This document shows, piece after piece, positions 37,138 through 52,022 of a stretch of DNA of 64,000 bases. A program made the position numbers and the translations under genes. Numbering within the stretch: position 1 is the first letter of the stretch; each line of letters begins with the position of its first letter. The notes under the pieces were generated by a model. The model worked only from the letters and a program-made list of their open reading frames with translations. It was not told where the DNA came from and searched no databases. Source of the stretch: Octopus sinensis. Lineage: Eukaryota. Location: contig NC_042997.1 in the NCBI RefSeq assembly GCF_006345805.1, forward strand, positions 158,410,001-158,474,000, in the 5' to 3' direction.

Positions 37138-37620
37138 TACACGAAGGTTATACAAAAAGTAACGCAAAAATGGTTGTAACATATTTATCGAATGATACAG
37201 GTCGCGCAAATTGCATAACTGCGTGTGTGTGTACATGTGTATGTCTATGTGTCATTGTCCTTAGTAACACTTTGACCCTCCCCTCAAGCACGTTCCCCAG
37301 CCCATATTCGCCAACACAGACAATGTATTTGCACCATCGTGAAACACAGTTATTGAATCCTCTGTGAAAAATTGCAGATGAGCATTGCGGTACCAACCTC
37401 TTCACATCCACTTGCACTCTGCCTGTACCATCAAATCGTTATCCTCGAAGGTTGTACTATATTGTTTCAAACAAGCAGAAGACTGAGGGTCAAAGATTCA
37501 GGCTGTACGATAGATGTGGGAGGGATCCGACCAGCTCAGTTTGTCACTTGCTTGATTTGTTACCAAAGACGTGTGCAGTCACACAATATCATGGTGAAAG
37601 AGTATCGTTTTCATATAGTG
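37138..37620 (-). mobile_element. mariner transposase C-terminal remnant with TIR
   Basis: ILFHHD...HTSLVT, then VKRLVPQCSSAIFHRGFNNCVSRWCKYIVCVGEY; terminus tacacgaaggttatacaaaaagtaa. Confidence 0.65.
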
Positions 37621-37860
37621 CTTTGATCTCTTCCTCCTAACGACTTCTTTAAGCTTTCTATTTGGCTTCTTTGTCTTGAATGGTAATTCAGCTTATATAT
37701 TCTATAAAATTGTTTCGTGTTTTTCACTTATCCCGAAATATTTAACCTTTTTGTGTTAGTATATATTTGAGAAATATTTCGCTTATTTAAAAATCGAAAT
37801 CTATTACTCTATCAGTCTGTCTGTCTGGTTGTCTCTCTCCACACACACACACACACACAT

Positions 37861-37919
<59 letters not shown>

Positions 37920-40900
37920 GAAAGAGAGAGAGTGAGAGAGAGAAGTAATAAAATAATATATCTCAATCAAAACTTTATATCCCGAGTTAATTACGTACCC
38001 AATATTATGTTTTAATTGTTATTCATATATATATATATACGCCTGTGTATGTGCGTGTATGTGTGTGAACGTGTATTTCCGATTGATAGAGGAGAGGGGT
38101 AAACAAGACATTGGCCAACAAATGTTTGGATAAAGTTTGAGTAGTCTAGAAACTAATGTGATTATATCTGTTTTCTAATGACAAAATGAGTAAGTAGCGA
38201 AGCTGAAATTGTATGTTTACTAACAAAATTATATATATTTACTATTAGCATAAAACGTTCTGTAGTTTACCATGGATTTAAAAGATGCTGCCAGTGAATA
38301 GAACTGTTATGCAAATTTGACGGACGATTTTAGCCAGCTACTCGTTTGAATGCTATGAAATAACTAACTTATCAATGGATACATAACGGGTATTCGTTTT
38401 CTGATGCAGAAGACTAAATTCTAGTAATGTAGAAACCACAATATCATCTATAGATTGATAGTCTATGATTTAACCATTGTTACTATTACCAATATTTAAA
38501 AAAAAATATCGCACATTTCAAATTATGCAGAAATATAGAATAGTGTGCTAAGAAATATGTGTTATGTATATCTCCAATAAAATAAATAGAATATGAAGTT
38601 TTTTCACTCTGTCATTGTAACTCAATTATATCTTTTAACATGTAATTTGAAAGTTATTTGTTAATTACTTACGCTGGATTTAACTAATGATGTAATTAAT
38701 AACTTGTAAAATTTCACATAAAAATTTATAACATTTCATCAAAAGTATGACAGATGTTGAAGAAAGCACCTCAGTGGTAGGTCAAGCATAAAGTATTATC
38801 ATTAGCAGCAATGTTGCAATTAAGTTTTCAAACTTTCACTATCACTGTTTCATTTTAAAATCAAGGAATCCTTTATCATTTACAACCAAACAGTAAAATC
38901 CAAAGAAATTATTGATGAGCTGTATCGACAAATATTAAGTTAAAACTTTGACAAATCAATGTAATATGGCTTTCTGTGAGAAATTAGATATTTGGGTAGC
39001 ATCCTTCATAACTTAGTATGTGTATACTCCTTACGTCACTAATTTGTTTTTCATCCCCATTTAGAAATACAAAATACACGTAAATCGACGCTAGAATTTA
39101 TAGCAGTAGACATGCTTTTAAAAGAACTTATTTGCGTTCTTCAATTGAAACCTTTGTTTCAAAAATGTCATATTCGCCTCATAAACAGTCAGTGTCTAGA
39201 ACATTTTATATGCTTTTTTTTTTTATTCATCAGTAAATACAATCAGTTTTTCTTTCATGTCGATTGCATGATATTTGTTCTTGACTTTACATTGCCAAAG
39301 TAAATTTTGATTTTATCATTCTTTTATTGAGTTTCATTTCCATAGAAAGTGATGCACTGTTATGAAAAGAAATATCAATACCATACTAAGGGAACTGAAA
39401 GAATTTTATCAGGCACTTTCGCTTTCATGAAAATCCCAGAAGGATGACAGTTTCCATGATAAAATTGACCCCGTGATATTGACCTTGTTATTGAGTTTTG
39501 TCACAATAAAAGATGTGAATGAAGATGTAAAAGAATATTACGCTCTTCTTATTCTATTCAATAAAACTGCCCTTCCATCTTGTTTTAATCAATACTAATT
39601 GAAACATAACATTAAACTGTTGAAATGCTAATGGTAGAGAAATAAGCTAAAGCTATTTCTTTTTATTTGAATGGAATGTACGGCTGGAAAGTTTTACACA
39701 ATAAAAGAAACTGAATGCCAATGTATAAATAATAAATGAATTTAAACTTTTCTCAAAATGTGCCCTAGGTTATATCAATTAGCCAATATGTCAATAAATG
39801 TACACCGAAATCGCACTAAACTAAATTATTCTTGGGTATTTATATCAATTATGCGATGCTAATAATAGTATAAAGTTTTGAAAGAATTTTATCAGCTAAA
39901 TATATAAATTCTTTTAAGCAAACCGCTGGCATATAAAAGTAAACAAGAATGCATTTCAAAACATTGACCAAACAAGAATGACACTTTCACTGAGGAATGC
40001 TGGTAATTGTAGGGTGTTGTTATTTATTTTTCGATCCAAGCAACATTTATTCCATACATTTATATATGCATTTAAACGCTGCCTCTGCTTAATATCAGAA
40101 CAAATAGAAATGATTGGTTGATTTTCATCCAGGAATAATCTATTGTGTACTTTCAAATGGTGTAGTAGCGTATTTATATTGAAATCTCACTTAGTTTTCA
40201 GATGATAGCTTATTTTGGAAACGTTCGTTAAATGTAACACATCAGTGCTAATAAATCTCAGAAATCATTCTATTTATTTAATTTTATTCTATATAACAAT
40301 TTTGAAACTCAAATACACATTAAATCCTTGTAACTCCAGTTTAAGATTTCTTATTCGCCGATGGTTGTGAGCCTTGAAACTTAGACAGTGCAAGATATTA
40401 AGAAAACAATGTGTAATTTCTATTTGTTCGCAGTTCTTACAGAATTTAAATAATCTTGAAGAAAAACTAAATGATGTTTTCAACTGTCTCAAGTGAGACG
40501 TGAATGGAGACCAGCGTAATACTTTAAAGAACCAAACTTAATATAGGAATTTTATTTTTGTAACTTGACATCTAGTTCCCCAAATGATAGATTTCTATAC
40601 TCTTTGATCAAATTGAGAAAGGAAAAGACCTTTGGGATACCGGAAAAATTGTCTGACTTAACAGAAATTTACCCTTAAGCTTTACATCACCATTTTCTTG
40701 CTAGACTCATTAGACCTGGACGCCTTATCAATTGTACATGAAAATTAAAAATCAGCCAGTAATCCTTTACATAGATAAGCTAGTAATAACGTGCTGTCTT
40801 GTAATTGAAGCGTATCTGATTATCATAAGTGATGTGTTGGTCATGTAATCAACCTTGAGGATTTCTAGCTTCTAAGAGGAATTAGCTCAGGAAAGCCAAT

Positions 40901-42565
40901 TTTGTAACGCTGGATATTCGCGCTGTTTATAGAGAATATCTCGCACAGAACAGCTGAAATTTACGCTTTGTAACAAGCACAATCTGCAATTTGAGGAAAC
41001 TGAAATTATCCTTCTTATGTATTATATTTTGTAATTGAAACGTACTTGTCTTCAGGTTTTCTCAAATTGTATTTAATTAAAGTGATTCAACTAATTACAA
41101 TGTCAAATGAAATAGAAATATCTATAACCTTTTGTGCTATGGTAACTCAACAGAATGCGTTAAAGATGGACGATGATGTAGATTTAACCAAAATTTACAG
41201 TATTCAATTGCAACATTTGATTTATAAGGAACGGAGAAAATTGTAATTCTTTTCTTTCTTGAACCTAAGATTAATTTTTGTAAATGGTTGAAAAAAGAAA
41301 TGATTTTTGAAAGATTATACACAACTTTTGTAAGTGTAATTTGCAATTAAGCTATCTTGGAAACATATTTATTAAAGGCAATAAATTTAAATGGCATCTA
41401 GCCAGGCAATGTATTCAAACTCATTCTAATATTCATAGTGGAGTTTAGTTCTGCCATAATGTGAAAGTATTCATCGCAATCTATTCAAAACATATTATCT
41501 TCTAATATTATTTATCCAAAAGTTAGTGCATTTATATTTACTCATGACAACAAAACGTTAATATAAAGTTACCCTACTTATTGAAATATGTACATGTATT
41601 TCAACAATTTGATAGGAATGTATCTCACTTTATTTACACACCTAATAGATATTCTGAAAATGTTACTGTAATTTTATTTACTAAATTTACTTGTTCTTCA
41701 ATTCACTAGTGTCATTCGATTATAATAAATATTTTATTATATCAGTAACATTTTATTTGTAATATAGTTTACAACAAAATCGATTATGCGTATTAACAAT
41801 GGCATAATATCGATTGCATACATATTCACAAGACAAAAAATGTGCGGGGTGGGGCATAGTTGAGCATGTACTTTACTGTTACTGTAGTGAATACAGGACG
41901 ACCTCGAATTGATTCAAATTCAGAACGTTAAAGAAACCTAGCTCAATCCCGGAAGGTATTTTAACTATTGCTATTGAATCTGGCTATGATATGTTGTAAA
42001 ATAGATCATCTAATGTCGTACATTGATGAATTCTTCCGGCAAAATTTGGCAATATTTTTGCGTGTATGTAACCCCACACATAAGTTGAGCAATACTTTCT
42101 AAAAATCCCCTTTCCAAAATTTAAGATGTTATCTAAGTCATGCAGTATTCGTTTCCGGAAGTCTTATCGCAGTTTTGGCGGAGGAATTTGAATCATAACT
42201 GCTTGTACAATCGATTAAACCGCACGTGTGTTTGACGTTGTGTTGAAATTTAGCGTGCGATTTAATTAATTGTATTTTAGAAAAATTCTGCTGATGAACT
42301 ATAGATGTTGTGTAAGTAAAATCGCATATTACATTAATAGCGAAACAATTGTCCAGAGTTAATCTATATTTTCGTTGTTTTTCACTTGCCTCGTTTACTT
42401 TAAATGTTGTGTTAATTCTCGTTGGAAACATTTTTTGTGGCTAATACCATAGCGGATCTATTTTTAGCGCTAGAGTCGACCATATAGTGGTCACTCTCTT
42501 ATATTTATATGTATATATAAACATTATATATATATAAACATCATATATATATATATAAACATTAC

Positions 42566-42599
<34 letters not shown>

Positions 42600-43360
42600 T
42601 ATTATATGTATGTATGTATTTATGTGTTTGTGTGTATGTATGTTTGTATGTATGTATCAAAAACAGGTTAGTAGATGTAGTCCTGAATAGCCATAAAAAT
42701 CTAGATGACTATTAGTGGAATGTCATCAACCAAGTCTGATATACCTGATTAGGTTTAATCTAAGACTAATCGGCCTTAATAACAATAACCAATTAATATT
42801 CCGTCTCTTGGTGACATTGATTAAATATGTTGATAGTCACTCATATGGAATATGTATTAAGTTGCTCAGCCAAAGAAGAGAACCGGATGCAAATTCGCTA
42901 TATAAAACTCTCTATACAGAACAAATTCTCTGCTAACACAAGCACAAAACACTATTCTACAGATACAAATCATTTCTAGTTAAATCAGACCCACTCTATT
43001 TCTTTTCATGATCTAGCCAAGTAGATAAGAAAGTTTATAAAAGGATTTATGAAGTCAATGTTAGGATAGGATATTTCTCCTTTTAATCCTACTTACAAGT
43101 GTAAGTCTTTTAAATCTATTATGATCTTTTCCAAATATGTTACTCTCCCTCTGAGTTCATCTCTTCTCTTTCTCCCTCTTTGTGTTTTCTCTTCGATTTG
43201 CTATCCCCTTCTCTCTCTCTCTCTCATTCTTTGTTTAATATTTTCTAGTCTATAATTCTTTAACACGTTTTTCTGCATGTACGTCTATATTCATTCACAT
43301 ACGAGCGTACGCAAACACACTTGCGCACACAGAGATAAACATCTATACATACATACACGC

Positions 43361-43409
<49 letters not shown>

Positions 43410-46400
43410 AACATATATATATTCAGCTATATATATTTACGTGTAAACATATATACATGCGTATATAAATGCATACGTACATACATAGGTATATCCATAC
43501 ATACATATGTGCGTATATCTGAGTGAGCATATTTGTAATTAAAGATTTAAATCTAGAAAGAGACTAACAATAACAGTGAAAGAGGAAAAAGATAAATGAT
43601 TAGGCAAAGATGTGTATCTTTAGAGATAATTGGTACGGCGTGGTGTTATATTTCATTAATTCATATTTAGACGTGCCATAGCAAACATTTTTTTTACAGT
43701 TTTAGCATGAATTTTACTGCTTTCTATCAAAAGCAACCACGTCGAGTTAATGACATCTAAGCTGTCTCTCATAACTGCCGTTCATATGTGATTAGGAAAT
43801 AATTAAATCTGAAAGCATAAATTATAACTTAATTGCTTTATTGGAAGCATTCTGCAATAAGTAAGACAATTAGTCGCACAAGTATATACATAATCTAGTC
43901 CCCTTGTTACACATCCAATATACACAGGAATGAACCAATAACTTCATTTTAGACATGTGGTACATATTTAAACATGTGATAAATTTTTCACTGACCAGAG
44001 AGTCTCAAATATTAGCTATAGGGATATATGGTGATACAAGTTAATTATTACTTTTTTCCTTATTTTTATAGGATAACATGTCTGACAACACGACTCGTTC
44101 AACACTTCCAAATAAATATAAGTATTAGTACAACACTTCAGTATTTTTGAAATAGTGGCAGACAGAACTTGTAAGAAAAGTGGTAGTTACAGCCATTGAT
44201 TAACATTGCTTATTTCCCTAAAGTATAATAGCTACCCGGCGAACAGTTCTGCCGGACAATTGCTATCGTTAGCCACGTCATTATTTCAAAATATATTGTC
44301 TGTAAATGACAAGAATATAGGAATGAATCTATAGGGTGTTTTAACCATGATACAAGATAATAACTATAACATAGAAAAACTATGTCATAGTTATTATAGT
44401 AACCTTGACCTATTTCAGTAATCAAAATGCAAGAAAACTGAAATGGTTCGATTACTGATATTGAACATTTTATCTTACATCTTACTTCGCGAGAAAAATC
44501 AACGAGAACAATCAATCTAGGCCTGGATGTCAGAGTAATTTTGCATGCTGAGTCAGCTAGCCATCCATACCCTCCTGCTCCTCATTCGTTATTATCATCA
44601 TCATTATCGTCATCGTCAATGTCATCATCGACTGCGATATTTAATGGTGTCTATGAATACCGGATAACAACATTTTTAGATTAATATCATGTATGACTTT
44701 TTTCCTTTATATAGATACCTCACTGTTAACATTACTGTATTATCTTTTAAATAGATACCAGAACGCACATACATTTCCTAGTTCTTCCTGTCTAGAGAAA
44801 CTGAAAACTTAAACAAGGTGATTGCTATTATTTTAAAATTTGGTTGAATTGTATTCAACAATTTATATAGAACTGAAGTGATTTGAAATGAGAAATGATT
44901 ATAACAATACTACGGAGTCTTTTAGACCGTCGTTGATATTTACTGATAGGCACAGAAACAAACAGACTAATACTGAAACAAACAGAACTGAAGCCTAGTA
45001 TATTGATATAACAAACGTGAGTAATGTTCAGAATTTGAGAACACTGGTTACAATGTGTATTGGTTGCAATTAATTGAAAGCTGTTGGTTTTAGTATGTCG
45101 ATATGTTTGATTAGTGCATGGATGACCTCTTACTCAATTGAGAGGACAAAATAAAAGACAGAGACGTCCAGAATTACTATCTTGCACGGTTAGAAAAGGG
45201 ACAAAATCTGATTGTTGTTTACAGGCAAATAATAATTCCGCACATATTTCAATCATATCGAATCTCATGTGTATAGCATAGCTTTTTTAAGTCTGGACTT
45301 ATTTCACTTTGCTGGTTTCAATCGACATTATTGATGAATGGTAACTACATTTTGTGATACTGTTTATTTGAGGGAAGCAGTAACGGTTTTCGAAAAAATA
45401 CTCATTTAAAATTTCCTTCTTAACTGGAGAAAGAAAAAATATATAGCGTCAAATCAAGGCAACTGTCAAAGAAAAGGAGCAGATATCAAGAAATTACGAA
45501 GTAATCTCAAATTTAATTAACGTTCTTGTTTAGGGAAGAATTTGATTTTGATTTTACTGAATTCATCAGCATTGTCTACTCATACATTGTGATTTTTCTT
45601 AAGCCCTTCACGAATTCAACTAACCCGCACTTCATAATCGAGAAGCAGTAACCTTGTGGTAAGTATAAAGTATTACTGAAAATCGTACTGAAATTTCACT
45701 ATATCAGAGTACTTAAAATATTATTGAAACTTCTTAATCCGTTCCCAAGCCTCAAGGGTTTAGCATCAATGATTAAGTTCGGATTATTCTACGAAAAGAA
45801 ATATCGATACCTGTATAAGCAGCTAGTCAACTGTAAATAACTTATTTTTTATATTTCAGAAAGAAGAAAGATACTATATAAAAGCCTTGAATTATATTCC
45901 TTAGGTCATATTTCTTCTCAGACAGATTTTCCTGCTGAAAGTTATTCGTAACTCTTTTTTACAAACAAAATGGGAAAATGAAGCAGATACAAATGGTTAG
46001 AATATTTCATAAAATGTTAGAAATATCAGACGGGTTTAGAAAATTGGAAAATATTTGTAGCCAGATTAATAGCGATTAACTTAATTATAATGATTAGTGG
46101 ATAACGAAAACAAATCATTAAAAAAAAGCGCCAGCTAGAATCCCTTTCACCAACAAGAACATGTTTGTTGAACAGTTTATTCTACTTAATTCTAGCATCG
46201 GTGTTCGGAATGATGGTGGTGCATATGTAGCGAAGCTTTGGTTGCAGAGAAAGATACAGAAATAACGTTGATGTTTAGGTATACTGAATAGAATTCTCTA
46301 AGGATTTCCCTTTCGTTCTCTAAAAACGCTCATGTCGTATTACATACAATCTTTTCTATATATTAGCATTAGCATTTTGTAAATATATAAATTCCAGATT

Positions 46401-46638
46401 AATATGGGCATGCAACTCATTATATGCTCCTGCTTTAATATTGAAATATTTACAATATCAAGAATTCATGCCGTGTTATTCAGAAAATTGTTATAATATA
46501 TTCGTTGGACGTGCTTTCCCTCTAGTAATATCGCTTCATGCTCCGTTAGGTTTCTGGAGAAAACACTTTGAATTCAAGAAGGCATTATTAAGTTTAAAAG
46601 AGATACATTGCCATGCAATAATTTTAGAGGCCATATGC

Positions 46639-46684
<46 letters not shown>

Positions 46685-46876
46685 ACGTGCGTGAGTGTGT
46701 GTGTGTTTCACTATTGACCTCTCTCAAGATTTCTAACTCTCGACATTTCTCTGTCTCTGTGTATCTGAATGTGCGTGTGTGTGTGTCTCTGTGTGTACAT
46801 ATAACTTGTAACTTCATATGTGTATGCATAGGCTAAAAATGTCAAACAAATGATACATCAAACCATGCATACACAC

Positions 46877-46938
<62 letters not shown>

Positions 46939-47279
46939 CTATGTATATAGATAAGACATTTTCCCATTTCTAAAATTGAAAAACATAAACATTAATGGAA
47001 TATTTTAGATTGCAACAATTTTCAGCGTTACATGAATGGCGTCTTAATGAATCACAACAGCATAGATATGACTATATACAGTCTTTGATTTTACAAATGT
47101 TTTAATAAGTGTCGTTTAGATATAGATTAGGGAATCATTTTTAATATAATGTCAAAATATCTTCTTTTATGGATGATTAAATATTCAGTGATGCACGTTA
47201 TTAAAGCTGCGTTTTGCTATATTTCGCGAAAATGCTGTTTCCATTGCTGCTATCCATACAAGAATTGATATTACAATTG

Positions 47280-47286
47280 CTATCAA

Positions 47287-47337
<51 letters not shown>

Positions 47338-47388
47338 CGTTATTATTATTATCATTATTTTTATTATTACTATTATTATTATTATTAC

Positions 47389-47452
<64 letters not shown>
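47280..47452. repeat. (TTA)n microsatellite
   Basis: Imperfect TTA array; source of poly-N/L/I ORFs. Confidence 0.95.
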
Positions 47453-47454
<2 letters not shown>

Positions 47455-47686
47455 GATTCATTACTGTTGTTATTGTTGTCACTACGTTAGCATTCCCAAG
47501 TGGAAACATATTATAACCATGGATGCACAGTTATGTATAAACTTTACGCATTGTTTGATATCAATATGCACACAACTTACATTTGCACAGATGCACTTAC
47601 TCAAGTACACATATAAAACACACACACGCACACACATATACACACACACATACACACACACACACTCGCATATATATATAGATATA

Positions 47687-47740
<54 letters not shown>

Positions 47741-47743
47741 ATA

Positions 47744-47861
47744 TCACCGTGATTACCGTGACCGACCAGGTTATCAGATGTTACTACGCATCGCTGGTCA
47801 CAATGCACTTCGCATTGTTTTAGCCTTCAAATGGCGCCACCCCGCTGGCTAAGCGAGCAGG

Positions 47862-47864
<3 letters not shown>
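47744..47864 (-). mobile_element. Isolated 3' tail of the SINE at 61405-61715, embedded in (TA)n
   Basis: Reverse complement of ~61596-61715 (ggcctgctcgcttagccagcggggtggcg...ctggtcggtca). Confidence 0.85.
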
Positions 47865-47930
<66 letters not shown>

Positions 47931-49069
47931 CATACACACAGACAAATAAGTATATACATACATTCATGCATACATCCATGCACACAAACACATGATCGTT
48001 GCTTGATCAAACATTTTCAATAAACAACCGAGAAATAAATTCTAAGTGTCAATCTCTCGTGTAATGAACATCCAACTATAGGTATGTATTGAGTCCTTTT
48101 TTCAGTTAACATTCACTGCTTTTACTTAGTAACACTGATTGTCATAGTATATACACTTTGTAAGCCACTTACTATGATAATTATAATGTAATGACGGCAA
48201 ATGCTACTCACCACAAATGTCTAATATAAATTAAAATTAGGTTCCTCGGCTATTTTAATCGAAATGCCATTGTTCCACAGTAATCACAATATATATATGT
48301 TAGTTGCATTTACATGAAATTGTTCACACGTGGATCACTGAGAAGGTTTCACACATTTCTTTATTTTGCATTTCATATTTTGTCTCTACAGTCTTTTAAG
48401 TGTAATTCCCTTTCTCTTTCTTCCTTCCTAATTTCTTTTCGTTCTTAAGTATATCTGAAGCAGTGAAACGTCGAGGTGCTGCATGTTTACCTTACAAACT
48501 GTTCTAAGCGTTAAACTAATGCCCTGCTCAGAGTACTCTGTTCTTTCTGTGTTTCCTTTTTGTTTTTTTAAATTTTGTATAGTGCATGTGCACATACATA
48601 CAAAAACTCCCGCACCCACAAACGCGTACGCGTGTGTGTGAGACTATCACATCAGTTATGATTACTTGATGAGATGAACTCTCATATTGAGAAAGCCCAG
48701 TCCTTCTGGAAGTTTTGTATCAGATATAAAATATTTCTAGTTGATGTTTAATATAGGCCTTAGACAATTCGAATAAAGTTTTTCATATATTTGGATGCGT
48801 AGTCGATATGCCATCTATATCTCAGACGAGTATATGAGTGATATGAAGATAAAAGATAACTATAAATTTTGGTTGAAAGTTCCAAAGACCCTGTCACACA
48901 CCAAACTCTTTTTTCATGGTCCCTAAAACAATTAAAGTCATTTAAATGTTCAAAATAATCATAGTCTAGAACGCTAGTGACCCAGGTGCGGAGGTACATA
49001 GAATATCTATTAAGTATATCTAGTCTTTTAAACAAGTATATTTGCTTCTATTGAGGTTCATATAGCGGA

Positions 49070-49315
49070 GGTGCGTGACGCAGTGAATAGGGTGTTGTAT
49101 TCATGATCGTAAGATTATTGTTTCCATTCCACAAGTGAGAGATGCATTATTTTCTTGAGCAAAACACTTAATTTCACTCTGTTTTACTCCATTCCGATGA
49201 GAAAACTCAGTCACACTCTGATGGCGCGGCGTCCCGTCCAGGTGAAGTGAGGTATGTATACTTCACAGAATTCGGTAAATCGGACTTGTGTCTATGGCTC
49301 GGGAAGAACTTTTAA
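49070..49315 (+). mobile_element. SINE family C, diverged
   Basis: Similar to 35091-35339 (ttcttgagcaaaacactt, gatggcgcggcgtcccgtccagg). Confidence 0.65.
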
Positions 49316-49429
49316 ATACTTTTAATCTCCTCGTTATTAATTATAGGTAAACAGGAGATTCAATATTTCCTTAATACGTTGCTCTGTGTGAGTTACAAGG
49401 TCACAATCATCAATGAACAACTATTCAAG

Positions 49430-50620
49430 AACTAGTTATAATTGCCTCAATATAGCTTTGAAACGATTCAGAATAGAATGAGTACCTGTGAAATTTTGAC
49501 TTCCCACCTTTCTGGATTGCCATCCATTTCTTGATCGCATGTCAGTACGGAAGGTCTACGTAAGCAAAAACAGCTACTCTGATCGGATAATGACACATGT
49601 CTGTGAAATGTCACATGCATCGTTTAAGAAAATTTCCAGTATCAATGATTAAGGTGGATCCATCTTTGGAATGGAGTCGTTGATTGTCAAGGACCAAATA
49701 TTTGTTGAAGAGGTTGTACATTGTTTAGAAGCATTTTCCGTCTATAAAATGCCAGTTTTGAATATTTGTGTATGTTTTAACCACTACAAGTGCTTCTTGC
49801 TCTTCACTTCTCGAAAGGCTAACTTATGTTGCTTCAACGACTTCATCTCAAAAATTCTACATTATGCAATCTCTTATAATTTAATCTAGATGTTTCAGAT
49901 CTCAAATATTTCAGAGTTCCATCAAATTAAAATTTGTGTTTGGATGTCCTGACCTCCAAATATCGATAGACATAGTATAAACATTTGGTTTGAAGTATTT
50001 CCCTGAGCTATCAGACAATGGACTTGCAAAATCTTTTCAATGAGCTCTGCTATTTAATTTACATATTCCTCTGTATCACATACTAATGCGAGACGCGGCA
50101 TTCGCGATTTATCCTGGTATTGAAATCACCAGATACAATTTTGTATGGAACGAATTGAATTTCTAAGATTCTTGCAGAACAGTAGAAAAGATTCTTCCGT
50201 TGAGTAAAGAATCGAGGCATACACGGAGAAAAAGGGAAGGATTGTGACCTCATGGCAGTAGTGATCGAAGTTGAATGATCTCAGTACTCACACTGGATGA
50301 CGATACGTGCAACCTATCTGCTATGTATACTTTTGAATGAAAAAGCGACATATATCGCCCAATATTTTTCTGCTTAAAGGCGAACCACAAAAGAAGCTAT
50401 AGTTACAACATATTTGATGTATCAGAACTTCTCGTGACAATGGGGTCTTAGAAATATTGAATTGATTTCAGGCAAACTCTCCTGCAACAAAAGTAGCATT
50501 GCATTCAAGCTAACTAGATTGTTCGTCATCCAGTAGGTTTTGCATATGTATTATTGGACCCGCTGAATTGAACTGCCACCAATCGTGGCAAATCAATGAG
50601 ACTGAGGAGTAGAAAATATT
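49430..50620 (-). pseudogene. RTE-like LINE apurinic-endonuclease remnant
   Basis: Fragments VYAS.LYSTEESF...NLRNSI, IVSGDFNTRINRE and YSFFCG in the expected order; many stops. Confidence 0.5.
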
Positions 50621-51639
50621 TATGGGGCATTTTCTAATCCCTTCGTATTAATATGGGTGAGAAGTTATCTCCTTAAATACAGTATCTTGAGAATAGTACT
50701 CAATTCTTGTATCATAAACTAGCTAAACAATGTTATAATATATCCCTTCATGCCTATGTTTTTGGTCCAAGTAATGAATGTTTCCAACTCGTCAAGTCTG
50801 TATACTTTGCTAATCCCTCATCGTGAAAGAATTTTGAAAGGATGATATTAGTGCTGTTGCTTTTTGAGATGTTTGACCCATACAATACTGTGATGTTAGC
50901 TAGTACTAGTTATGAGAAAATATTACTCATTATAAGAAACGTAAGAGAACTAGAAAGAATACGGCAAGACATTCTATCCGACCCTCTATCATCACTGCCA
51001 TTGTGCAGTTTAATCACAATGCATGCCTGTATGTATCTACGTATGCATGTATGTACGCATGTAAGTATCTATGTAAGTATGTATCTATGGATGTATATTG
51101 TCATCAGTCAATCTATTTTCTGGTTATTATTATTTCGTATTCTTATACGATATTTCATAAGCTAGTAACGGAAATGTAAAGTAGTATATGTGAAGATAAG
51201 TTGTAAATATTTATAAATATATATACAAACAGATACATGGAACGTGATATTAGAATAGCTAATGAAGCAAACGACAAAATACAGAGAAATTACAAACTAT
51301 AGTAATTAGGGCTGGTTGATTTTCCACACTTTTGTAGTTAATGACTTTGGACTAATCGAGATAGTGAGGGCTTAATATGATAATAACTGACAAAAGAATC
51401 CATCTCCCTAGCTTCAACTGGTTTTCGAGGAAACTTTCAAACACTTCAAAATACTGTAACGAAATACCACATTTTCCCTATTTTCGGTCGAAAAAGAAAA
51501 CACTATTGTCGTTTGAAAAATCCACAAAAATGTTGCAACCTTATTGAAAATGAGTGAAAACATTTACAAACTCTACAGAGTCAAATAAGACAAATTTAGA
51601 TACCAAAATCATCATAAACTTCCCTTTAAGAGCCCTTAG

Positions 51640-51925
51640 AAGCAAAAGAAGGACTCATACGGTGGTTTAAGGTTTTGTGCCTTGATTCGAGTATAGGAAG
51701 CTTCAGATGTCAACTTCACTGCCCTTTCTAAGAATGTGAAGGCAAATCAGGTAGCAGCAGCCTGTTGCCGTTCAGTAATGCTTCTTGAAGTTCCTGGTTA
51801 GAAAAGTTTCAGATACCACTTTGACAAAGGATGACTAATGCTGACCAGTGTGGGTCGTCAATATTGATGTGTGTGATCTCCTTCAGCCCCTTCTTGGCTG
51901 GCTTCCCACCTCTGAAAGAATAAAA
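51640..51925 (-). pseudogene. DNA-transposase C-terminal remnant (hAT-like) preceded by a splice-acceptor-like site
   Basis: LPDLPSHS / ERAVKLTSEAS (frameshifted) resembles the P.H.Q.VER.VK..TEAS motif; tttatttttattctttcag upstream. Confidence 0.45.
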
Positions 51926-51954
51926 ATAAATTCAGTTTTTTTCCACTATAAAAT

Positions 51955-52022
51955 TGGAGCTCAAGTGGCCGAGTGGATAAGGCGCTGGATTTCCACGCCT
52001 TGATATAGGGTTCGGTCACCAA
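51955..52022 (+). other. tRNA-like (SINE-head) sequence, not a functional tRNA
   Basis: A-box tggccgagtgg, B-box-like ggttcggtcacc; anticodon and acceptor stems do not pair. Confidence 0.45.

Noticed and set aside
39140-39240. Minus-strand CTGATGA...GAAAC-AAAG-GTT hammerhead-like match
   Set aside because: Stems I and II consist only of weak A/T pairs with mismatches; expected by chance in AT-rich DNA.
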